Of a stretch of DNA of 64,000 nucleotides, positions 56,492-64,000 are shown in pieces (the first letter of the stretch is position 1; each line of letters opens with the position of its first letter). The position numbers and the translations under genes were made by a program. The DNA lies in contig NZ_JAQSDO010000005.1 in NCBI RefSeq assembly GCF_029945965.1, positions 2,279 through 66,278 on the forward strand, written 5' to 3'. Origin of the DNA: Thermomonas sp. (lineage in GTDB: Bacteria; Pseudomonadota; Gammaproteobacteria; Xanthomonadales; Xanthomonadaceae). The notes under the pieces are model-generated. The model made no database searches, was not told where the DNA came from, and was given only the letters and a program-made list of their open reading frames with translations.

Positions 56492-57927
56492 ATCCTGTCG
56501 AGATCGCCCAGGGCATCAACCACGCCTTGCTGGAAACCACGACTGCCAGTACTGCCGCGCTGCTGCTGGTATTGCTGATGCGGCGACGCATGCGCACGGT
56601 GTTTGGTGCATCGGTGGCATACGCCGCATGGTTGCTGGTGCCGATTGCATCGATCGCGGTGCTGTTGCCCGCACCGGCAGCCGACACAATGTCGATTCCT
56701 GTTGTTTACACGCTCGTCGCGCAGCCCATGCAGGCGGTCATCACAGGTGCGGAAACCGGCATCAGCATCGCGACATGGCTGTGCGCTGCATGGTTGTTGG
56801 GCGCGATGACAATGCTGGTGCATTTCATCCGCCAGCAACGTCGATTCCGGACTTCGCTCGGACGCTTGTTCGTGCGTGAAGCAGATGTGCTGCAGGCCGA
56901 TGCGACCGCCGGATTGCCGGCTGCGATCGGTTGGTTCAATCCGGTGATTGTGTTGCCGGCCGATTTCGATACGCGCTACAGCGCCGAGCAACGCGAGCTG
57001 ATGCTGGCCCACGAGCGCGCGCATATCCGCCATGGCGACCTGCAGGCAAATGCGGCGTTCCTCGCGCTGCGCTGCGTGTTCTGGTTCAACCCGTTGCTGC
57101 ATGTCGCTGCCCGCGCCTTCCGTCACGACCAGGAACTGGCATGCGACCAGCGCGTGATCGCCCGTCATCCGCAATCGCGCCGCGCCTATGGCGAAGCAAT
57201 GTTCCGTACTCAGCTGGCCACGCAAGCTTTGCCGCTGGGTTGCCATTGGGGGTTTACCCATCCACTCAAGGAGAGAATCGAAATGCTCAAGTTGCCTGCT
57301 CCCTCAATGTTTCGCTGGTTGTCCGGAAGTGCACTGGTTGTCGTGCTGACGCTCGGCTTCGGTCTTGCCGCATGGTCGGCACAGCCGGAGAGCCACGGCT
57401 CTGCAGATACCAAGATCACGATCACGTTGACGGACGTCACCCTCGGTGAAGCTATTGACAAGGTCGTCGCAGAAGCCGGTTTGCATCTTGGAACCCCCGA
57501 CGTTTTACGCTTGAAAAACAAGATGTCATTTAGTTTTCGTGATGAGCCTATCCGTAATGTGTTGGAGCTGTTTGGAGAAGAAGCTGGACTGACCCCTGAA
57601 ATTTCAGATGGCTTGGTGAGCTTCCTCAAACAAGCCGAACCGGTACGTGGTGTTTCATTGCCCGTGCCTACTTATCCAAAGGAAGCACTAGATCGCAGTC
57701 AGGGTGGCAAAGTGATCCTTCTCGTCGATGTTGCAGCGGATGGCAGCGTCAGCAATGCTGTTGTCGATCATTCAGAGCCGGCTGGCGCATTCGATGCGGT
57801 CGCATTGAAAGCAGTTAAAAAATGGAAATTCACGCCGGCGATGAAGGATGGCAAGGCCATCGCAAGCCGGATCAGGGTTCCAGTCGAATTCAGGACGGAT
57901 GGTGATCCCGATGCAAAGAAGAGCTAG
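56488..57927 (+). CDS. M56 (BlaR1-like) metallopeptidase fused to an STN-like and a TonB C-terminal domain
   Basis: LAHERAHIRHGD (HExxH), WFNPL, DQELACD and LKERI, then a TM, an STN/N0-like segment and YPKEA...VAADGSV...AVKKWKFTP. Confidence 0.9.
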   Translation: MNPVEIAQGINHALLETTTASTAALLLVLLMRRRMRTVFGASVAYAAWLLVPIASIAVLLPAPAADTMSIPVVYTLVAQPMQAVITGAETGISIATWLCAAWLLGAMTMLVHFIRQQRRFRTSLGRLFVREADVLQADATAGLPAAIGWFNPVIVLPADFDTRYSAEQRELMLAHERAHIRHGDLQANAAFLALRCVFWFNPLLHVAARAFRHDQELACDQRVIARHPQSRRAYGEAMFRTQLATQALPLGCHWGFTHPLKERIEMLKLPAPSMFRWLSGSALVVVLTLGFGLAAWSAQPESHGSADTKITITLTDVTLGEAIDKVVAEAGLHLGTPDVLRLKNKMSFSFRDEPIRNVLELFGEEAGLTPEISDGLVSFLKQAEPVRGVSLPVPTYPKEALDRSQGGKVILLVDVAADGSVSNAVVDHSEPAGAFDAVALKAVKKWKFTPAMKDGKAIASRIRVPVEFRTDGDPDAKKS

Positions 57928-57969
57928 TCCATCACTGCGTTAGCCAAGTCGGTGATTGCTCTCCTGGCC

Positions 57970-58716
57970 TCAAGCAAACAGCAACTTACCTGCGGCGATC
58001 AGCAACACTATGCCAAGCGTGCGCCGCAGGCCTTTCACCGGCAGCCATTGCAAACCCATCTGGGTGCCGATCAAGGCACCAACCGCGACCACGCCCAGCC
58101 AGTAAGGCAGCTGCGCGGGCAATGACTGCCCGGAATGCAGCAGGCCGATCAGCCCGGTCAGCGAATTGATCCAGACGAAGGCAACCGAGGTGCCGCTGGC
58201 TTCGCGGGTCGGCATCCAGTGTGCGAACAGCAGCAGCGGGGTCAGGAAAATTGCGCCGCCGGTGCCGGTCAGGCCGGACAGCACGCCGATTGCCGCGCCG
58301 ACCAACAAGCCGGCCAGCCACGGCACGTTGCGGCCAGTACTCTGCGCATCTTCGGCCTCGGCGCGCGATGCCTGCCGGAACACGCCGATGGCTGCCACCA
58401 GCAACACGATGCCCAACAGCAGCGAATAGCTGTCCTTCGGCAACTTGACCTGCGCCGCAATGAACGCTGCCGGCGCCGAGGCCAGCACGAACGGCAGCAC
58501 ATTGCGCCAGCGCACATGTCCGCCACGCCACCAGCGATACAGGCCGATGCCGCCGACCAGCAGGTTCAATGCCAGCGCGGTCGGGCGTACCTGTTCCGGT
58601 GCGAAACCGAGCAGGGCCATCGCAGCGATATAACCGCTGGCGCCGGCATGGCCGACCGATGAGTAGATGATCGCGACGGCAAAGAACAGTGCGGCGAGCA
58701 GAAGATCGACTTGCAT
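57970..58716 (-). CDS. Sulfite exporter TauE/SafE family
   Basis: YSSVGHAGASGY, SGLTGTGGAIFLTP and ASGTS; about 8 TMs. Confidence 0.9.
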   Translation of the reverse strand: MQVDLLLAALFFAVAIIYSSVGHAGASGYIAAMALLGFAPEQVRPTALALNLLVGGIGLYRWWRGGHVRWRNVLPFVLASAPAAFIAAQVKLPKDSYSLLLGIVLLVAAIGVFRQASRAEAEDAQSTGRNVPWLAGLLVGAAIGVLSGLTGTGGAIFLTPLLLFAHWMPTREASGTSVAFVWINSLTGLIGLLHSGQSLPAQLPYWLGVVAVGALIGTQMGLQWLPVKGLRRTLGIVLLIAAGKLLFA

Positions 58717-58799
58717 GATCGGTGCGTCTGGATCCGGGTCGTGGAGGCGTCACCCTGCCAGCAGCGCCGGCATCGGGCAAGCAATGTGATGCGTGCGGG

Positions 58800-59690
58800 T
58801 CAGTCGAGTGCGGCGGGCAGGTCGCCCTGCACGGGCGTGCACAGGTAGCGCTGGCCGTTCTCGCGAGCTGGCGGCAGGCGACCACCGCGGATGTTCACCT
58901 GCAGCGCGGGATACAACAGGACCGGCGCGGGCAGTTGCGCATCACGTGCACGCCGCGCCTGACTGAAATCTTCCAGCGTGGTGTCGCCGCGCAGCATACG
59001 GTTGTCGCGCTTGCTTTCGCCGACGCTAACCTCGCTGCGGCGTTCGCGACCGGCCGGTGGGTAGTCGTGGCAGAGGTGCAGCACGGTGGCGTCATCCATG
59101 GCGTACAGGCGCTGGATCGAGGCATACAGGTCATCCACGCTGCCGCCGGGAAAGTCGCAACGCGCGCAGCCTACGTCGGGTGCGAACAAGGTGTCGCCGA
59201 TGAAGACGTGCCCCTCGATGGCATAACTCAGGCTGTCCGACGTATGGCCCGGCGTGGCGAGCACGGTCAGGTGCAGGTTGCCGGCTTCGATCACATCGCC
59301 GTCTGCATAGGTGGCGTCGAAGGCATCGCGCAGTGCAGGGTCATCGCGGTCGATCCCGAATACGCTGGCGAAGTGATCCTGCACCTTGCGGATGCGATCG
59401 CCAATGCCGACCGACGCGCCGGTCGCTGCGCGCAGGACCTGCGCGGAGGACAGATGGTCGGCATGCGCATGGGTTTCGAGGATACGGTGTACGCGCAGGC
59501 TTTTCTTCGCGATGTAGTCCTGTACCACGCGCAAGCTGTCGACGCCGGCCTTGCCGGATTTCGGGTCGTAGTCCAGTACCGTGTCGATCACGATTGCATC
59601 GTGTTCCCCATCACCATCGCGATGGACCACATAGGTCCAGGTGCCGGTACCCTCGTGGAAGAACGGTGCGATATGCAGGGTGTCGGTCAT
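58800..59690 (-). CDS. Persulfide dioxygenase (MBL-fold, Sdo/Blh-like)
   Basis: DTVLDYD, ETHAHADH (HxHxDH), TPGHT, GDTLF, ARCDFPGG and LCHDY. Confidence 0.9.
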   Translation of the reverse strand: MTDTLHIAPFFHEGTGTWTYVVHRDGDGEHDAIVIDTVLDYDPKSGKAGVDSLRVVQDYIAKKSLRVHRILETHAHADHLSSAQVLRAATGASVGIGDRIRKVQDHFASVFGIDRDDPALRDAFDATYADGDVIEAGNLHLTVLATPGHTSDSLSYAIEGHVFIGDTLFAPDVGCARCDFPGGSVDDLYASIQRLYAMDDATVLHLCHDYPPAGRERRSEVSVGESKRDNRMLRGDTTLEDFSQARRARDAQLPAPVLLYPALQVNIRGGRLPPARENGQRYLCTPVQGDLPAALD

Positions 59691-59718
59691 TGGCTCGCTC
59701 GCAGTGTGACTCGCAGTG

Positions 59719-60060
59719 TTATTTGCACAGCGGCGTGGCATCGCCGCAATAGATGCCGTGCAGGGTATCGATGACGCGCTGCGCCGGGCCTTTGGCCAAG
59801 CCGTAGTAGATCGACTGCGCTTCGCGCCGGGTGGTGACCAGGCCATCTTCGCGCAGGATGGCCAGGTGCTGCGACAGTGCGGACTGGCTCAGGTCCAAGC
59901 GCGCATTGAGATCGCCAACCGAGCGCTCACCTTCGGCAAGCAGGCACAGCAGCACCAGCCGTTTTTCATTTGCCAGCGCCTTCAAGAGGCGCGATGCATC
60001 GGCGGCATGCGCGCGCATCGCTTCGGAATCCATCGTGGCGGGTGTTGTGGTGCGGGCCAT
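59719..60060 (-). CDS. ArsR/SmtB repressor of the BigR/SqrR/YgaV type
   Basis: LLKALANEKRLVLLCLL, SQSALSQHLAILRE and C-terminal IYCG, giving the two-Cys arrangement of persulfide-sensing ArsRs. Confidence 0.88.
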   Translation of the reverse strand: MARTTTPATMDSEAMRAHAADASRLLKALANEKRLVLLCLLAEGERSVGDLNARLDLSQSALSQHLAILREDGLVTTRREAQSIYYGLAKGPAQRVIDTLHGIYCGDATPLCK

Positions 60061-60064
60061 ATCC

Positions 60065-60463
60065 TTAACGTACCACCAGCGGCAGGCCGGCTTCACCCCA
60101 TGCAACGATGCCGCCTGCAATCGAACGTACGTCGGCGAAGCCCAGCCGCTGCAGGTTGAACGTGGACAATGCCGCGCGGCCACCGGTACGGCAAACCACC
60201 ACGATTTGGCGCTCCTTGTGGGACAGCGCCACGTCGCTGACATGCGCGACCGCGGGGTGGGCATCGACCTCGAATTCGAGCACGCCACGTGGAATGTTGA
60301 TCGACCCGGGAATGTGGCCAGTGTCGAATTCGGCAGGCTCGCGCACGTCGATCAGGATCGTGCCAGCGCGGTCTGCATTGAACGTGCCAGGGGCGACTTC
60401 CTGGATCTTGGCGCGGGCTTCGGCCACGAGGTCGGCGGCGGTGATGGGGGGCGACAAGGACAT
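60065..60463 (-). CDS. Single-domain rhodanese (sulfurtransferase)
   Basis: LIDVREPAEF, GHIPGSINIPRG, active loop CRTGGR and IAGGIVAW. Confidence 0.92.
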   Translation of the reverse strand: MSLSPPITAADLVAEARAKIQEVAPGTFNADRAGTILIDVREPAEFDTGHIPGSINIPRGVLEFEVDAHPAVAHVSDVALSHKERQIVVVCRTGGRAALSTFNLQRLGFADVRSIAGGIVAWGEAGLPLVVR

Positions 60464-60487
60464 GATGGATTTACTCCTGAATATCAG

Positions 60488-60519
60488 TTGACACTAATAT
60501 AAGATAGAGCTAATATAAA
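60488..60519 (+). promoter_or_regulatory. sqr promoter with AT-rich repeats (candidate ArsR operator)
   Basis: TTGACA-N17-TAATAT; CTAATATAA at 60494-60502 and again at 60510-60518. Confidence 0.6.
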
Positions 60520-60557
60520 TTCAAGTGCCAGTCATGGCGCATTGCAGGGAGCAGCAG

Positions 60558-61853
60558 ATGGCCAGGTTCGTGGTGATGGGAGCAGGACTGGGCGGAATGA
60601 GTGCAGCGTACGAGTTGCGCAACACGCTCGGCAAGGGACACGAGATCACATTGGTGGGCAAGGGTGACCTGTTCGGCTTTACGCCGTCCAACCCCTGGCT
60701 TGCAGTGGGTTGGCGCAAGCCGGAAGAGGTCACGCTGAAGGTTGCCGATCACGTCGGCAAGCACGGCATCACCTTCAATGGCGATGGCGTTGAAACGATT
60801 GATGCAGCCAACGATACCGTCGTCACAGGATCCGGCGAACGCATCGGATATGACTACCTGATGATTTGCACTGGCCCCAAGCTCGCGTTCGACGAAGTGG
60901 TGGGCAGCGGTCCCGAAGGTGGCTTCACCCAATCCATCTGCACCACCTCGCACGCGCAGGAGGCGTGGAAGGCCTACCAGGAATTCCTGAAGGAGCCGGG
61001 TCCGATCGTGATCGGTGCTGTGCAGGGTGCTAGTTGTTTCGGGCCTGCCTACGAATTCGCGATGATCGTCGATGCCGATCTGCGCAAGCGCAAGTTGCGC
61101 GACAAGGTGCCGATGACCTTCGTCAGTAGCGAACCCTATGTCGGCCACATGGGACTTGGCGGCGTCGGTGACTCCAAGGGATTGATGGAGTCCGAGATGC
61201 GCCAGCGCCACATCAAATGGATCGTCAACAGCAAGGTGGCCGAAGTCCGCGACGGCGAGATGACCGTGGTCGAACATGACACCAGGGGCCAGCCGGGCGA
61301 ATCGCATGCACTACCGTTCAAGTTCTCGATGCTGCTGCCCTCGTTCAAGGGCGTGGATGCGGTGGCGGCGGTGGAAGGCCTGTGCAATCCGCGCGGCTTC
61401 GTGATCGTCGACAAGCACCAGCGCAGCCCGAAATTCCCGAAGATATTCTCTGCCGGCGTGTGCGTGGCGATCCCGCCGGTCGAAGTGACCCCGGTACCCA
61501 CCGGCGCGCCGAAGACCGGTTTCATGATCGAGTCGATGGTCACCACCATCGTGCGTAACATCCAGGCCGAACTGAAGGGCGAACCTGCCGACTTCGAAGG
61601 CACCTGGAACGCGGTCTGCCTGGCCGACATGGGCGATACCGGCGTTGCGTTCGTGGCGTTGCCGCAGATCCCGCCGCGCAATGTGACCTGGACCAAGGTC
61701 GGCAAGTGGGTCCACCTGGCCAAGTTGGCCTTCGAGAAATACTTCCTCTACAAGATGCGCCACGGCACCTCCGAGCCGATCTACGAGAAGTACGTCCTCG
61801 GCCTGCTTGGCATCGAGCGGCTGAAGGACGTCAAGCGCTCGTCTTCGTCCTGA
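60558..61853 (+). CDS. sqr: Sulfide:quinone oxidoreductase, type I (SqrA-like)
   Basis: GAGLGG, FTPSNPWLAVGW, QSIC, GASCFGPAYE, GVCVAIPP, PKTGFMIESM, WNAVCLAD and QIPPRN. Confidence 0.92.
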   Translation: MARFVVMGAGLGGMSAAYELRNTLGKGHEITLVGKGDLFGFTPSNPWLAVGWRKPEEVTLKVADHVGKHGITFNGDGVETIDAANDTVVTGSGERIGYDYLMICTGPKLAFDEVVGSGPEGGFTQSICTTSHAQEAWKAYQEFLKEPGPIVIGAVQGASCFGPAYEFAMIVDADLRKRKLRDKVPMTFVSSEPYVGHMGLGGVGDSKGLMESEMRQRHIKWIVNSKVAEVRDGEMTVVEHDTRGQPGESHALPFKFSMLLPSFKGVDAVAAVEGLCNPRGFVIVDKHQRSPKFPKIFSAGVCVAIPPVEVTPVPTGAPKTGFMIESMVTTIVRNIQAELKGEPADFEGTWNAVCLADMGDTGVAFVALPQIPPRNVTWTKVGKWVHLAKLAFEKYFLYKMRHGTSEPIYEKYVLGLLGIERLKDVKRSSSS

Positions 61854-61894
61854 TCGCGCAACGATTTACAGACACCCATCCAAGGAGCACTCAA

Positions 61895-62101
61895 ATGACT
61901 ACCGACCGCGCTGTACAGGCCTTTGCAGGCGTCATGATCCTGATCAGCATTGCCTTGACTTATTTCGTTTCACCCTGGTTCTGGCTGATGACCGCGTTCA
62001 TCGGCTTGAACCTGTTCCAGTCCGCGTTTACCGGCTTTTGCCCGGCGGGCATGTTGTTTCAAAAGCTGGGCTTCACGTCGTCGGGATGCGCTGTCAAGTG
62101 A
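61895..62101 (+). CDS. DUF2892 (YgaP-like) small membrane protein
   Basis: MTTDRAVQAFAG, IGLNLFQSAFTGFCP; AAGGAG Shine-Dalgarno. Confidence 0.88.
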   Translation: MTTDRAVQAFAGVMILISIALTYFVSPWFWLMTAFIGLNLFQSAFTGFCPAGMLFQKLGFTSSGCAVK

Positions 62102-63213
62102 GTAAATCGCTCTACCCATCAGTTCAGAGATTGCTGTTGCCCTCGCTGCTGGCCTTGGCCGCGGCCTTGGCGGGCTGCGGCAAGGAAAGCGCACACAACA
62201 CGCTGCCGCCGCTTGCGGACGTGGCCACGTTCGAGGTCGCGCCTGCAAGCATCTCTGGTGGGCATGGTTGGGACGGCGTGGTCGAAGCCGTCCGGCGTGC
62301 CGACCTGAGCGCGCAGACCGCGGGCCGGGTGACCTCGGTGGACGTGGACGTCAATGCCCGGGTGGCCGTCGGTACCGTCCTGATGCGCATCAGTGCGGTC
62401 GAGCAGGAGGCTGGTGCCAACACCGCGCGCGCACAGTTGCGCGCGGCCGAGGCCTCCGCCGTGGAAGCACAGCAGAACTACCGGCGCTTCGCCGCATTGG
62501 CCGACGGGCAGTATGTGTCGCGTGCGCAGATCGATCAGGCGCGCGCCGCACGTGATGCAGCGGTGGCCGCGCGCGATGCAGCCAGTGCGCAACTGGCGCA
62601 GGCCGCGCAGCAGGCGGCCTATACCGTGGTGCGTGCGCCGTTTGATGGTGTGGTTGCACGCCGCGATGTCGAGCCGGGGGAAAGCATTTCGCCCGGACAG
62701 CCGCTGATCAGCGTGTACGCACCGGGCGAATTGCGTATTGAAGTCGCTGTGCCGCAAACCCGTGCCGAGGCGATCCGCCGCGATCCGCGGGCCAGTGTGT
62801 TGCTGCCCGGTGGTCGCACGGTGGCGCCGGCCAAGGTGACCGTATTTCCGGTGGCGGATGTCGCCACCCATAGCGTGAACGTGCGCATCGAACTTCCGGG
62901 CCTGGATCCCATGCCGGCACCCGGCACCACCGCGAAGGTGGTGTTCAATGCCGATGCCACGCCCGCCGGTTCGTCGGGCGCAATGCTGCACATTCCCGCA
63001 TCGGCCGTGGCCCAGCGGGGCGAGCTTAGTGGTGTTTACGTGCGCCAGGGCAATCGCCTGATATTGCGTCAGCTGCGCCTAGGTGCAAGCGATGGCGACA
63101 TGGTCGAAGTCATCAGCGGCCTGAATGCAGGCGACAAGGTGGCAAGCGATCCGGTGGTGGCGTTGCAGGCCGTGACCGCGCAGCGAAAGGCGGCGGGCGA
63201 CACGCATGACTGA
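62098..63213 (+). CDS. RND efflux periplasmic adaptor subunit (lipoprotein)
   Basis: Lipobox LAGC, LSAQTAGRV, VRAPFDGVV and EVISGLNAGDKV; 4-bp overlap with DUF2892. Confidence 0.9.
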   Translation: MSKSLYPSVQRLLLPSLLALAAALAGCGKESAHNTLPPLADVATFEVAPASISGGHGWDGVVEAVRRADLSAQTAGRVTSVDVDVNARVAVGTVLMRISAVEQEAGANTARAQLRAAEASAVEAQQNYRRFAALADGQYVSRAQIDQARAARDAAVAARDAASAQLAQAAQQAAYTVVRAPFDGVVARRDVEPGESISPGQPLISVYAPGELRIEVAVPQTRAEAIRRDPRASVLLPGGRTVAPAKVTVFPVADVATHSVNVRIELPGLDPMPAPGTTAKVVFNADATPAGSSGAMLHIPASAVAQRGELSGVYVRQGNRLILRQLRLGASDGDMVEVISGLNAGDKVASDPVVALQAVTAQRKAAGDTHD

Positions 63214-64000
63214 CCTCGCGCAACCCGCGCGGCTCGGGATATCCGGGCGGCTTGCCGCGGCGTTCCAGAACAATCCGCTGACGCCGATCCTGGCGATCAT
63301 GGGCTTGCTACTCGGAATGCTGGCAGTAGGTATTACCCCACGCGAGGAAGAACCGCAGATCGACGTGACGATGGCCAATGTCATCGTGCCGTTCGATGGC
63401 GCCAGCGCGCGCGATGTCGAACAGCTGGTGGCCACGCCGCTGGAGCAGAAGCTCGGCGAGATCGAAGGCGTCAAGCACGTGTATTCGATCAGCCGTCCCG
63501 GCATGGCCGTGATGACCGTGGAATTCGAGGTTGGCGTGCAGCGCCAGCCGGCGTTGGTGCGCCTGTACAACCAGGTGTTCTCCAACCAGGACTGGTTGCC
63601 ACGCGGTGTCGGCGTTGGCAGCCCGGTAGTCAAGCCGAAGGGTATTGATGATGTGCCGGTGATGGCGGTCACGTTGTGGAGTGATGATCCGGCGACCGAT
63701 GCCAGCCAGCTGGCCGAAGTCGCGCATTCGCTGGAAAGCGAATTCAAGCGCATCCCGGGCACTCGCGACGTCTACACCATCGGCGCGCCCGACCGCAGCG
63801 TGCTGGTCACCCTGGATGCAGCCAAGCTGTCCAGCTACAACCTGGCACCAGGTGACCTGGTGCAGGCGTTGCAGGCGGCGAACGTGGTCCACCAAGCCGG
63901 CGAGCGCGTGGGCGCGGACGGTTCGGTGCCGGTAACCGCGGGTCGTTTTCTTGCTTCGGCGGAGGACGTGTCCTCACTGGTGATCGGCAGCGATGGTGGC
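63206..64000 (+). CDS. RND efflux permease (AcrB/AcrD/AcrF family), 5' part
   Basis: Manual translation from ATG 63206: MTDLAQPARLGISGRLAAAFQNNPLTP...PREEEPQIDVTMANV...VEQLVATPLEQKLGEIEGVKHVYS. Open to the window end. Confidence 0.9.
   Translation, partial: MTDLAQPARLGISGRLAAAFQNNPLTPILAIMGLLLGMLAVGITPREEEPQIDVTMANVIVPFDGASARDVEQLVATPLEQKLGEIEGVKHVYSISRPGMAVMTVEFEVGVQRQPALVRLYNQVFSNQDWLPRGVGVGSPVVKPKGIDDVPVMAVTLWSDDPATDASQLAEVAHSLESEFKRIPGTRDVYTIGAPDRSVLVTLDAAKLSSYNLAPGDLVQALQAANVVHQAGERVGADGSVPVTAGRFLASAEDVSSLVIGSDGG

Overview
A GC-rich (roughly 65%) gammaproteobacterial chromosome segment. Gene content and order point to Lysobacteraceae/Xanthomonadaceae; the genus cannot be fixed from the sequence. 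The first ~42 kb is mostly conserved core: rpiA (partial), EVE, 5-FTHF cyclo-ligase, 6S RNA, zapA/zapB-like, a PAS-GGDEF-EAL gene, ygfB-pepP, pepQ, PilZ plus DUF1631, hemW-rdgB-rph, yicC-gmk-rpoZ-spoT-ridA-recG, a nucleoside hydrolase, L31, gltA, mrcA, pilMNOPQ, a MoxR/vWA (Bat-like) operon and a dicarboxylate symporter. Embedded in it are a GTAG-type REP doublet, an unexplained ~95-nt nested hairpin, and a small module of two tiny secreted proteins with a two-component system. The last ~22 kb is rich in envelope and accessory genes: PepSY and PAP2, tkt, a MacB-type ABC exporter with three different periplasmic adaptors and no adjacent TolC, a ColRS-like pair whose kinase has lost its ATP-binding boxes, an LtaS-like sulfatase with DUF347, a BlaI and M56-STN-TonB pair with twin operators, and a divergent sulfide-oxidation cluster (rhodanese, BigR/SqrR-like repressor, persulfide dioxygenase, TauE on one strand; type I SQR, DUF2892 and an RND efflux pump on the other) that runs off the window end. 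The best candidates for undescribed systems are the three-adaptor ABC exporter, the degenerate kinase with a shared upstream motif defining a putative envelope regulon, the M56-STN-TonB transenvelope sensor, and the SQR-linked RND pump. No tRNA, rRNA, CRISPR array, transposase or integrase was seen. All family assignments come from motif recognition by eye, not database searches.
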